Source: Bilabrum cf. latius (lineage: Eukaryota). Taken from it: a DNA stretch of 64,000 nt. Below, piece by piece: positions 10,601-22,800 of the stretch. The stretch's first letter is position 1, and each line of letters opens with the position of its first letter. The DNA is taken from the NCBI GenBank assembly GCA_965178125.1, contig OZ237742.1, forward strand, positions 868,001 through 932,000. Direction: 5' to 3'. The position numbers and the translations under genes are program-made. Under the pieces are notes generated by a model. It was not told the DNA's origin. It was given only the letters and a program-made list of their open reading frames with translations, and did no database searches.

Positions 10601-11970
10601 TGCAGCAGCCGTCCCATCGGGATCGGCGGAGGCGCCAGACCCACAGGAGGCCCTGCCTCCGCCGACGTCGCACCTCCTCTGTTCCCTGGATCGTTGTTCC
10701 CTGAGGCCGGCACTGGAGCTGGCATCTAGCCCGGAGATACGTTGCCATCGAACACTGCTGCCGGTGAGGGTGTGTCCGTCCCTCTAGTATCCACGGACTA
10801 TCCATCCTACCCCGTGCCCATTTCTGCGACCAAACCGCACAAGTCGGCTAACCGTGCGACCACCCTGGCCAGAGCGGCAATGGCCGCGGGCCCTGCGGAC
10901 GGAGGCGCCCCCGCCAGGCCCCTAGAGTCCGCGCTAGCAGCTGCTGACCCGCCCCCTGACCCTCTTGCTCCGCGCCTGACCCCCAGTCCGGCTCCGGCTC
11001 CACCCTACCCCTGCAGTGCCAGACCATCCACGTCCACATCCACGTGAGTCGCACCGGCGTAATCCTCCGAGGCTGCTTCAGACCCGGGGGAGGAACTCTT
11101 GGGTCGCAATACTGCCTGCTACCCACCGCTCGCGGGCGGTTGCCGGGGTGACGGTGAGGATGAGGAGGGGGCTGCTGCTGCATGTCGTACCCCTCCTCCT
11201 CCTAGTGGGGTTTGCGCCGGGGATATCTATCCTTTGCCGGAGTGTCCTTGCAGCTGGACGCCAAGGGAGGCACACGAAGCGTCGTTAGAATTCAATGTAG
11301 TTGCATCGGCATCAAAAGCAAACGCAATGCCTTTCTTGTGTCTGGCGTCGTCGCTGCTATCGGTTGCGTTCGATCGCCTGCTGCCAGGTGTGCTCGCCGG
11401 CTCGTGCTCGTCCACTTCGCCGATCTCACCAAGACTCGCTCGCGTTGCAGAATGCTGTCCAATTGATGAAATTCGAGAGCGAGTCTAGTTTCGCGATGTA
11501 GCCAGCGGCACAGGAGGCTGCGCCGGGCTAGAGCAGTCCGCTTCGATCTAGCCCTCCCCTCGCATCAGCGTGGCTAGTCGTTCCAAGCGTCCATGCGCGG
11601 TTGCCGGACTTGGAGACACCGCTTCAAGAATCGAGGCAGAGCTTGCAGACCGCTTCAACTGACCAGATTCTTGTGGTCCTGCCAAAGTAAGCAAGCCGAC
11701 CTGTGCTTCGCGGGCGGCCTGCGAAGCCGCATCATCGTCAGAAAGCCCCTAGCGAATAAGTTCACTGGCACGAAGTGCAGCTGCTACAGCCTGAAGCACA
11801 TCATCGCCGATTGCGTCCCTCAACTGGGCCTCTTGCACCTGAACGCCTAGATGTGTCCCAAGCATGCTGGGCGAAGTGGCTCGCTTGGTTTCCTTCATAT
11901 GGCGCAATACTGCGCTGATTCGCCGAGCAAGCTATCTATCCCAGTCATCGCCTTCAGCAGCGCTTGCCAT
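7618..11970 (-). CDS. Class I cyclic-nucleotide phosphodiesterase with a long low-complexity N-terminus, ~1450 aa; 13 TAG=Q
   Basis: PDEase motifs YHNALHAADV, HDAGHLGVNN, SPLENMHC, HAFDISNP, EFWLQGD*EKERELPIGPMNDR. Single frame from ATG 11970 (in-frame TGA upstream at 11995) to TGA 7618, with only TAG interruptions. Confidence 0.9.
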
Positions 11971-12299
11971 AATTGGATCTATGGTCTGGTTGTTTCAACG
12001 AATAACAGTGTCTGGTAAACGCCATCACTAGAAAACCACACGTTACCACGACGTCGCACTTGCATGGTCGCACGCATACACAGCTTAGATTCATATCAGA
12101 CGTAGTTCTGGGCAGTACCAGTTTCTTCCATACTTTTACCGACACGGCCACGACCAGATCGTATGGGCCCTCATACCTCCGAGGGCCACGGCTCACATTG
12201 TCTGCCTGATGGCCGCAGCCAGAATGTGGCAACGTATTGGCCAGCTTGCCAGTGGTCCACGGCTACCACTCTAGTTTGCGATTGAAGGCTCGCCAACAC

Positions 12300-14033
12300 A
12301 TGGCCTCCCGGACCGCGGTGCCCCGGGTAGTGGCCTGGCCGGACCCTGACGAGTGGTAGTCTTTGCATCGGCTGGATCGTCCAGGACCGACATATTTCGA
12401 GAAGAGACAAACAATGGACAGGTATAAAACTCCAGATGAGCTTGCAAAAGGCTGGGGAATGAAGAGGATTACCCAAGAGTTAGCACATTTCGGTCTCAAG
12501 GTTGGTGGCGGTCTGATTGCGAGGGCGGAGCGTTTGTTGTATGTAGGTCAGCATGGAATCGAATTGGTACCCGACAAGGATCTCTCCAAAAGCATACGGA
12601 AAGCCATGAAGGACGGCGTGTCAAGATCTTAGGCTTTGGAGCTTCACGCATCACGAGTTTCCAAGGAACCCGAGGCAAAGCATGCACCGCCTCCTCCGGT
12701 GGTCTAGGAGCCACCACGATGTCCTTCGCCGAAAGTTGACGGCGCAAGAATCAAATAGGAGCATGTTTTCGACTCGGATCCGCTGGACTGCGCTGAAACG
12801 AGTCCGGCAGCGTACGAGGACGTCGCTCCGATGGTCCATGCGCTGCTCGAATCGTTGGGTACGCCGGCTGAATCTGCGCAGCTGTACGACCCATACTTTT
12901 GTGCGGGTGCAGTGGTTCGTCGATTGGGCAGGCTCGGATTTTCGAACGTGTACAACCGCAACGAGGATTTCTACCAGGTGCAGGCCGGCGGCAGGGTCCC
13001 ACCGCACGACGTCGTGGTAACAAACCCGCCGTACAGCGCGGACCACGTCGACAAGCTGTGCAGATTCTTGGCTGGGAATAGAAAGCCTTTCTTTTGCTTG
13101 GTACCGTCCTACGTTCTTCACCACCCTTCTTGGCAGCAACTCGTGGGCGGGTCATCTACGCTGTGCCTGCGGGGCACCACTGGCAAGCCAAGTGCCCCCA
13201 AGGATGCTCGCCGACGAGCAGGCGCAGCAGCCTCATCGCCCTCGTCAGCGGCGGCCCCGGATTCTTCATCGTCCGGTGCTGCCCCCCCTCTCCAAAAGGA
13301 TGGATTTTTCTTCATTGCTCCCAGGCGGCGGTACAGCTACTACGTGCCCAAGGGCATGCAAGGGGCATCGGGCGGTAGCGCCAACGGGAAGAAGAGGACA
13401 AACACGGGGCCGAGGGGTGCGAAAACAAGCCCATTCATTTCATTGTGGCTGTGCTGGGCCGGCGAGCACGCGAAGGAACTGGTATCGAAACCGTTTCGAC
13501 GCACACAGCCGCAGGACTCCACCGGCGCTGCCGCTGGCGGTGCTGGGGATGCTGCGCCGCGACCGCCCCCGACAGTCACTCAGTCTGTGCACGACTTGCC
13601 AAAGGGATTTCTAGGAGGCCTTTCTGCGGGGCTCTTGTCTGCAGACCTGAAGGTCCAGCAGTTCCAGGCGAGCGAAGTGTACGACAGCCAGCATGCATCC
13701 GCATCCAGCGCCGGAGTGTCGAGCGTGTCTTCTAGGATAGGTCCACCCAGCAGTGCAGCAGGCTCCAGCGGATCAATGCAATGCGAAGGTTCCTCCGGAT
13801 CGGCTGAAATTGCGGTACCGCGAGCAGCTGTGGCTGGCAGCAAGCGAGTGCGTGGCGCTGAGCACTTGCTTTCGGAGGATGCAGGGCCTGAGGAATCTGA
13901 CCAGCAACCAAAGAAGAGGCGAAAGAAGGAGAAGGACGGTAAGTAGGGGAAATCTAAGAAAGAAAAGAAGGCCAAGAAAGAAAAGAAGGCCAAGAAAGAA
14001 AAGAAGGCCAAGAAATCAAAACGAACCGACTGA
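12300..14033 (+). CDS. Putative N6-adenine (amino) methyltransferase with an N-terminal SAP-like (SF3A3/Sde2 C-terminal-type) segment and a Lys-rich tail, ~577 aa; 5 TAG=Q
   Basis: ITQELAHFGLKVGGGLIARAERLL (SAP-like); LYDPYFCAG (motif I-like, ~12888); VVVTNPPYS (motif IV, 13023-13034); (KEKKAK)3 tail. TAGs at 12357, 12630, 12705, 12756, 13944; TGA 14031-14033. Confidence 0.75.
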
Positions 14034-14071
14034 TCCGGATGCAAAGGCAGTCGCTTGAGCCCCCAGGATCG

Positions 14072-14149
14072 CCACGCTCCTAAGTATTGTTTTGAAAGCG
14101 CTCCACGCTCCTAAGTATTGTATCAGTGCACTGATTGAAAGCGCTCCAC
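14072..14149. repeat. Short imperfect direct repeats between convergent 3' ends
   Basis: ccacgctcctaagtattgt at 14072 and 14103; ttgaaagcgctccac at 14092 and 14135. Confidence 0.8.
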
Positions 14150-14183
14150 AACAAAACCGGCATCAAATCTATTACAATCCAGA

Positions 14184-16037
14184 TCAGTCAGACCGAGGAC
14201 CAGGAGCTGCACGCTGTTGCGCTGGCACTGCCCACATCGCAAGGGTCTGAATCCCTTGGTAAATATAGCCAAGCGGTGCAAACGTCGAGGCATTTTCATC
14301 TTCTGCGGGCTGACACACTCCAAGCATGCGAGCCGCCGCCCGGCGCGCCTCTCGAATCCGGCCGGTGGCGAGTCCATCCCTCAGCTCCTGCACTGCCGTC
14401 CTCGCCCTCGCACGGATCGGATCGCAGACCTCGTCGAACTCGAGCCGGGCCCGCCTGCAGGCCGCATCCGCTGACATCTTCATTCTGTCACGCACGGAGC
14501 TCGCTACCGCGCCCCCATTCCCACGGGAAGAGTGGCCGTCGGGCGGCGGCGGCGTGTCCCCAAATTGAAGCTACTCAACACCCCCAGCCCCACTTCCAGT
14601 CCCACCCCTAGTCCCACCGGTGGTGCTAGGCCTAGCAACACTCTCGCTGCACTGCCGGAGCGGAGCAGCAGCAGCAGCAGGAGGAGGAGGCCCCCGGGCA
14701 TAGTCGGGCAGCATCACTGCCGTCAGTGCAGCGGACAGCCCCGCGAATGGGCCCAGGCGGGCGGACCACTCCCGCAGCTCCTCACGGAGGTTGCGACCGG
14801 TGCCCCGCAGGCGAGTCAGGGCTGTGGAGGCGCCGGTGCGGACTCCATCCCAGAGGCACCCTCCCGTCGCCGAGCCGCGCCCCGCAGTCCCCTGTCCAAC
14901 AGACGGCCGCATCTCGCTCGTTACACCGCCCATGGCCTCGGCTGCCTCCCGCTTGGCTCTTGCTCGCACAGCCAGGGGGTGCGTGCGATGGTCGTGACCC
15001 ACGGAGAACATGAACACGCTGCGCGCGAGGTGGGGGCCTCTCCTCAGGACAGGAAGCAGGGCGAGACCAGAAGCGACTTTCAGCATCCATGGCACCGCCG
15101 CACTCTGGGGCGTTTCGGTGGGAAACGTTCCAGTGCCGATGTAGGTTGCCAGGTGTTGGCAGTTGCAAAATCGCAGATGCCACGAGACGGGACCTAGGCT
15201 CTTTCGCGCTCGCCGGAGGCGTTCTAGCCTTTCCTAGTTCGTCGGACACGCTTTGATCCCGGGAATTTTTCGGAACACGGCTGCTCGCTTCTTTTCCTGG
15301 ATTGATTGCACCATTACCCAGGCTGGTGTTGCCCCGTTCAGGACAAAGTCCAGCAATGCCAGCAGGCGCGGCGCGCGATTATTCATGTGCACAAAGTTGC
15401 CTTCACCTGTACCGGTTGGAAGGTTGCAATCGGGGCGATGCTGGTGGCGTGGTATCAATGAGAGACAGAGACTGATTCGCTGTTACTAATCGACACGATC
15501 GACTGGTGCGGGTGTGCTCACCAACATACATGACCCAATGCACTGGATCAGACGCAAACATATCCCCCGGCCGTAATATACAACCTTCATTCGGTTCATT
15601 CTATTCTGGTCTCATGCGAATGCAGGCATCGTCTCCAAAAAATGAATCCATGCTTCCATCACGATACAATATCTCGCGGGGCTAACACAAATACGCCGGA
15701 TCGCCCTCCGCCTAGTTTATGGCGTTGTCAATAATTTGAATCCACTTCTCTTGCTGGCGCTCGGATTCCCACCAGTACGGCGCCGGGACCACACTCGATC
15801 GATGAATCCTCCACATGTTTATTTTGGAATCTTCGGGATCTTCGCCAAGGGAGAAAGTTGTGCTCTTATTCAGCTCAAACATCATCGATATGGTGCCTCC
15901 CAATACATTGCCGATTAAGCTGTGTACAGTACGATGCAGACGGAGGTGCCATTGGTATGGTTCCGTACTTCTCGAGAGTGTGGCGCGGCGCCGCCAGTTT
16001 TTGAAGCAGTTGCACTAGCGACTTCGTTCGCAGTTCC
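14184..16037 (-). CDS. LRAT/PLAAT (NlpC/P60)-domain protein with a PH-like N-terminal part; intron 15407..15521; 5' end unresolved
   Basis: LRPGD...HWVMYVG|EGNFVHM (H-box, restored by a GT-AG intron) and WHLRFCNCQHLATYIGTG (NC motif). Upstream KNWRRR...QEKWIQIIDNAI resembles a PH domain. Six TAG=Q; TGA at 14184. Confidence 0.72.
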
Positions 16038-16742
16038 CTGCAATTGTTCATGGACGCTGCCGTTCTTACTGTTAATTTCTAGCTATGAGTAGAAGTGGTC
16101 ACACGTCTGCCCATTCCGAACGCGAAAGATCTGCCACCGGTGACGATTTCAAGGACATCGTGTTGCACGTTCCGACAGAACTCGTGCAGTAGATTCTGCA
16201 GGAGACTCCAGTGGAATCTGGCGTACAGAGAATGCTATAGCTTCAGGTATGACTTCCAATCTTGCTTAGCCGTCTTGCCAGCCTCTCTGAATTGAGGCAA
16301 AAGTCTTGGTACGTGTATCGCAATTTCTGTGTGGCTTTCTTGCTTTGCAGGGACTCAAGTCTGGAAAGCCGACGTTGGTTCTTGTAGAAAAGTAGAGGGG
16401 TGGGTCCTTCACGGAAGTTTCCCGCTACACAGGCTCGGAGGCGTTGCTGAAACGTTCTACTGTTGCAATTGACCGAGGCGCGGTTACCCCAGAACAGAAA
16501 GTTGACATTGCTTCAGTGAGCGTTTCAGATGCCAGTTACGAGTTTAGTTCCGACGAAAGCAACGCTGCTATGGGAGACAGCGTAGCTGCCGGCATCAGCT
16601 CGGGGCTGGCAGTCGACCACTGAGATGCGGCTTTGGAAGTTTTTGCGACGTCAGAGACGTCCAATTGCTCGTTTTGGGCTGCTTGACGATACAATGGGTT
16701 ACCTTGAGTATACAAGTATTGCAGCATCAAGCTGCTGGCCAG

Positions 16743-18251
16743 TTAATGCCCCCCGCGAGCGATCGCAGTTCGCTAGGCATACCGAAAGCAGGCAAGGTGC
16801 ACCTGCCTCGATCTGTTCCCCAGGTGCCCCAACCAGTGTGCCATCGGAGGCGCCACGTCCTCCCATGCAAGCCTGCCGCCCTGCCTGGCGATCATCTCCG
16901 CGGCTTGCTGCCTGCACCTGTCGTACTCGCCGTCGCTCGGCAAGCTATCCCTCCCGCATGTGAGCAGAACCTCCAGCACGGCCGAGTCCTGTTGAAACAT
17001 GCAGTATGCAAGCTGCGTCAACACTACTCCCCACGGCCCGCGTACGATGGCTTCCCCCGCCTCGTCCTCGTCCTCCTCACCTCCCAGCAGGGCTGCTCGC
17101 CGCACCAGGACCCGCGCAGCCTCCACGTGCCCCTGGCTCGCGGCCTCGTCCAGACACTGCTGCCCCATGGCACCCCAATCGAACTAGACGTCAATATCGT
17201 CAGAATACTCTGATTTGCGCTGTATGCCCAGGATGGCCTCCACCGTCCCGGCATCTCCCGTCTGGCACGCCGCCAGGCACGCCTCCCCGAGCATCTCGTT
17301 TCCAGGATGGGGAAACTACGGGTGCCACATGGAAACGAGGATAGAAAGCATGGCGCGTTGACCTGATCTGCAGGCGCACTGGATCAGAAACTCGAGCTTT
17401 GTGTCGTCAGCGTCGTACTCCTTCCTCGCAAGCAGAGCCAGCAGAAGTGCCTCGTGACCGCACTCCACAGCCGCCTGCAGACCTGATTGGATCAGGGAAT
17501 GAGCAGCCATGCCGCGCTCAGACGTGATATCCTCCGACGCGCCGCCGCCAGCCTCGCTGGACCGCCGGGGCCCTGCCTCGTCCATGGCTGCCTCGATGAG
17601 TTCCATGGCGATCTCGGTGTGGCCTGCCCTGCACGCGGTGAGGAGGGGTTCCTGCTGCATGCCGGTCACATACACGCTCCGATGTGGCTCAGGAGCTAAC
17701 AAGAAGGCTTGCACGGTATCTAGAGGTCCTAGTCTGCAGGCATTAAGGAATGCCTCGTGCAGAGCAGGCAGTGGGACTCCTAGCGCATCGCACTCGTGCC
17801 CGAGAATAACAGAAACCACGCCAGAACGGCGAGCAGATACTGCCTATGACAGCAGATGCGGTATTTGTCCACTGAACGTTTCTATCAAGGCCCGAGTGGG
17901 TTGTAGCAGGGGCATATCCGGGTCCATTAATCCGAGAACGGGATCCGGACCCCAGTGCTCTGGTTGCAAATCGACCAGATCGTGAGCACCTCGATCAAAG
18001 TTTGCGTCAGCATCACTATCAGATTCATACGTTTCTTGGTCGACCAGGGTTGTCACGACATTGAGCATGCGAGTCACAACGTCATCGCGACCAGCCTCGC
18101 ACGCATGGTTGAGGACCTCGGACACTGCACCGGGATTCCGGAGCACTGCCTCCGGATTCCGTTCCATGCCATCACAAACATCGCTGTATATGTTGTGGGT
18201 ACAAGCATGATGAAAGGCTTGCTCTTCGGCGCTGGGGTCAGCACCAGCCAT
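16743..18251 (-). CDS. Ankyrin-repeat protein, ~502 aa; 4 TAG=Q; ends at TAA
   Basis: Repeats LNHACEAGRDDVV, PLLTACRAGHTEIA, LQAAVECGHEALL, CLDEAASQGHVEAARVL lie in one frame across TAGs 17844, 17316, 17184, 16773. TAA at 16743. Confidence 0.8.
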
Positions 18252-19807
18252 GGATACGTGCTACGCCAGAACAGCTCTTTTGTTGGTATCTCCTGGGCGA
18301 TACAACACGATCTCGAACAGATCCTGCCAAAAAGGAGACCACCGAACCTTTTGCACACAGCTAGCAAGTAGAACGATTAATGCCGCGTCCAGGAAACAAG
18401 TTGAGAGAGTTGCGTTCTTTTGGTAAAAGAAAGTGCCACAGTGTGATAAGTGCACACTCAGGCTGTGGCACAACATCAGCAACTTGAAGCTGCAAGCAAA
18501 GGTAAGCGCATCATTGCCTGCAAGCTACTCCAGTAAGGTCATATGCACTGAAACCCAATGGTATGCGAACCACGTTGACCCCATCCTTTCAGCTACCGAT
18601 CCTGGCCGACCGAGGATGCGGGGTCGTGGCGTAGTGCCAGTGGCGCCGCGGCGGACTTGCTCCAGCGGACCGGCAGCACACTTCTGTGGTCATGCAGCCC
18701 GGTGCCACTCACGTCTCCGCTGCGCCTGGCACGTGGAGTCCCATCTGTTCTGACCATGTCCTCCACTTGGCACCGCACTATCGTTGCCCTGGCACTTGCT
18801 CCCTGTCACTTCATTATTCATCAGATACCCAAGGACGTTCACTAGAGCACGCGATAATTCAGCAGGTGCTGCTAATGGCGGCAGCTGGTTAGACAAGCTC
18901 AACGTCACGGGCAGTGATTATCGGTCGGCTGTGCGTAGACCTGTTGCGAGCAGGGACCGATTCACAGCTCCCACCGGTCAGTAAGGCAGTCTATGGTACC
19001 AACAGGAGAACATGGGTGAAGTACTTCTGAATCTAGCGAAGCAAATACTCCATGCAACGTAGTAATGTGCTTCTTGAGACTGCCTGGCTCCCCAAAGTGC
19101 TTCCCACACTCACTGCACTCGTGCTCGCGCTACCCAAGATGTACCATAGCAACGCACTTGCGAAGACAGGCACCACTTGCAAATATAGCCAGACACATAC
19201 TGCAACGATGCGCTGACTCCTAGACTAATGCTGCCCTTCGCCGCTTGTCAGTAATTACGTTCTGCGCACCCTTTCACTGCAAGGCCATCGGCAGCCCGGT
19301 GTCTCTTGCGACTTATTGACCCGTCGCTCCTCAAAATCACACTACCGACTCAACCAGCGACGAACTAATCCTCATCTTGCAAGCGATCCTGCCCAAAATG
19401 CTCTATATCTTCCGAGTCTGTGGCATCTCCCGCCCACTCTCGCTGGCATCACTAAAAAGCCACTCGCTGGCATCGCTGGGAGGGTCAATCAGTCACCTCA
19501 GGAGGCAACGCAGCCATCGCAGGAACCAACTGTATTTGATAAACGAGCAGCTGATAACAGAGTCAGGTTTGCAATCTGCTGATGAGCGGATTTAGCGAAC
19601 GAAGTAAAGTCATGTAGGCTATAATGTCTTGAGAACAAAGTAGTCCCAATCATTTTGCAGCACTAGCCAATAGCATGTCTCCGTACGCAGAAGAGCGACA
19701 GAAATGCTGGATTGAATAAATACGTATTTTGTGCGTATGTAAGGTTTACTTTGAATGCGAAACCGATCCGGCGTTGGGCGGGATAGCTGCCGGTAAGTTT
19801 CCAGCGA

Positions 19808-22800
19808 ATGGACAGCCATGCGAAGTTCACTGGTGGCAGATGGACTGCAGCAGAAGATTCTGCTCTAAAGTAGGGTGTTGCAAAGCTCGGTGCCAAGAAC
19901 TGGAAGGCTATTTCTTAGAATTTCTTGTCTGGCTAGCGTAGCGACGTACAATGTCTTCACAGATGGCAGAAAGTCCTGAAACCGGGGCTGGTGAAAGGTC
20001 CATGGACTCCTGAGGAAGATCAAATAATCATCAGCTGCCGAAAGATGGGAATGAAGAAGTGGAGCGAGATAGCGGAGAGGATTCCGTGAGAGCTTTGAGC
20101 GACCTTGGCGTAGATTCCATGGAACTAGGGCAGGCGTGACGGGGCTGTGATAGTGTGGCACTTGCACAAACAATGAACACGGTCGTTGCAGTAGCTTGGT
20201 TGGGTCGTTTTAGAACCTGCATCATCTGTCGCTTCCTTGGGTCAATCCGCTTTGAGTTGCACTTCGGCTGCATCCTCAACCACGCCCCGTTTTTTCCTTC
20301 GCAGAGGCCGACTTGGCAAACAAACCAGAGAAAGGTGGTTCAATCACCTTGACCCTTCCATCAACAAAGCGCCATTTACCGAGGAAGAAGACAGGAAACT
20401 CGAGGAAGCCCAAGCACGCTACGGTAAGCAAGGCTCTTCGGAACCTCGGCAGCAGTTGGTCCGTGCCTCTGCAGTTTGCACGACATGCGCTTGGTGCTAT
20501 ACTCTATATCTTGCGCCCATTCAATACGTAAGATCCTTCGCTTCTTGGACCAACTGGTTCCTGGCGCAGGCAATAAGTGGTGCGACATCGCCAAGATGCT
20601 CCCCGGTCGCACGGAGAATCAAGTCAAGAACCGGTGGAACTCTGCAATGCGGAAGAAGAGACACCTCATCCGTGCCCAGCTCGAAGAACGCGCGGCGAAC
20701 GGCGATGCCGCCGCCCGCACAGAGCTTGACAAGATGCTCGCTTCGCAGCGACGGAAGCGCGGAGGGAGGAGTGGCTCTCGCGGTGGCGCCACTCATCACA
20801 CCGTCGCCGCCCCTACCCTGCCCCCTCAGGCAGGACACCCAAATCAACACGGGACTCGGCGAAGCAGCGCCACCACGGCCTCGGAAGGCGGCGTCAGCCA
20901 CGGTCAGGCCCGAGCAGCTGCTCGCTCCGTAGTCGCAGGCGCTCGCATCGCGGCTGCCCGACTGCTCAGGGAACAGCGCGAGGGACGCAGCATACCGGGG
21001 GGGGAGTCATCGCGCGGGTCTGTGCCCCAGAAAACGCACGGGACACGGGGAAGGGGTCCAGGCGGCAGGGGGACGCAGAGGGGTGCGGGGTCGATCGCGG
21101 CTGTGCGCGGGGGCAGGGACGGATCCGTTGTTCTCTACGGCGAGGGCAACACGAGGCAGGTGATCCGTCCTGCAGACATGCCCGGTCCACACGGATCCAT
21201 TCGGGCCGTGTCGAGTGCCACAGAGGACGGTGGGTGGGGGGGGGGGCGACTGACCCCGGACCAACCCGAGGAGGAAGAGGGGGGGGGATACGAGGGGCGC
21301 ACGGTGACGGTATCCACAGCGGGTGCACACCAGCACAACGGTGTGATCGTGTACCAAAGCGAGGGTCACGGGACGATGGCCAACAGCGATGGAGAGGACG
21401 AGGAGCTGGAGGACGGGGAGGCCTTCGTGGAGCAGGCAAGGCGAGCAGGAGCGATGGACGGCACCGGCCCCGACCCATTCGCGCGAGCCGATGAAGCCGG
21501 TTACGCCCAGGGAATAAGGAATATGAGAGGCGGGCGCTTTGCGAGAACAGAGCACGCCCCAATGGGTGGCATGGGAGCGGATGCTGGCAGCAGCAGCAGC
21601 AGCAGCAGTGGGCCGGGTCACGACGGAAGGCCGAGGTCGGCCCCTGCTTCGGGGGGTCTTGCGAGGCCGGTGCTGCAGATGGAGGAGGCCTGGCAAGATG
21701 CCATGGCAGCTGAATCCAGGGCTGCTAAATGGGCGGGAACCGCCGCCACACCGACTGACAGGACGGGCATGGACGCTGTGAGAAGTGCGGGCGGGTCCTC
21801 GGGAAGAAGTCGAGCCAGCCAGTCGCCGCTCTAGTCACGGACACCACCGAGGGGAGGTGGAGGAGGCAGCGCCATGGTGCATCCCGTGCCTGGGTCGTCT
21901 GGCCGTAAGCAGGGTGCCCTTGTCTCGATGCCCGCATCTGGATCTGGACCGAGAGAGCAGGTCCTCGTCTCGATGCCCACAGCCGACAGCGCCCTGACGG
22001 ACCAGGGGGGTGCAGGCGGGCTGCCTGGGGCTGGCTTCCTTCCGGGAGTGGCCGGCCGCAGTGTGGTTGGCGCGCGTGCTGCTGGCAACGGTGCGGGATA
22101 TGGAGCGGAGCCCATGTCTGCGGGTGGCAGCAGCAGCGGTACAGCGAGCCGCACCGGCTCGAACGGAAATACCCCGCGCAATGCCTTCGGCATGACCCCG
22201 GCTGGGGGCAGCAGCGGCAAGGGAGGGTACTGGGATGCGGCATCGCCGGCGCTTGGAAGCGGCGGCGTCCTCGGTTCGAAACCCGCTGCGTTCGGATCTA
22301 AGGAAGATGCAGATACAGATGGCGCCGACGGTGAGTTTTAGTTCAGTTTCCGGCCAGAGCCGTACGTCGCCGCTGGTGGACAGCGAGCGCAGGTTCGTAG
22401 GGGCCGTCGGCGTCCTGCAGGCGGTGGCTCAGGCCCCGGTGCTGGCGGGGTTCCACCCACGCTGCCTCGGCACCTCGGCTCAGGCGATGGCGTGGGGGAC
22501 GGCTCGATGGAGCGGATGGATCTGGTGCCGCGCGGGGGCTCTGGTTCCGGAACAAGTCGGCGGGGCGGGGTACACAGCGAGGCCTCTTCGTACCAGGAGC
22601 CCATGGCCTCGACCTCGCTGGGGTCCGCGTCGCATGACTCCACCGGCGGTGGGTTCTATGCCCTTGAGACCTCAATCGAGACCATTAGCGATGCTCACGA
22701 TCGCAAGCGGAGACGGCCTGGCCAGAGCGGTGCAACCGGAGGAGGCAACGGGGGTGCGCCGTCACATGGAGGAGGAGGAGGCAGCGCCGCGACGCCCCAG

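Noticed and set aside
18252-19807. Gene or ncRNA in the largest intergenic gap
   Set aside because: Only short ORFs with no recognisable motif; the one I extended with TAG=Q hit TAA within a few codons. Treated as a divergent promoter region, although an unrecognised element cannot be excluded.
22268-22290. GGTTCGAAACCC as a tRNA T-loop (possible suppressor tRNA)
   Set aside because: The flanks do not form a T-stem or cloverleaf, and the site lies inside the MYB coding frame. No tRNA was recognised in the window.
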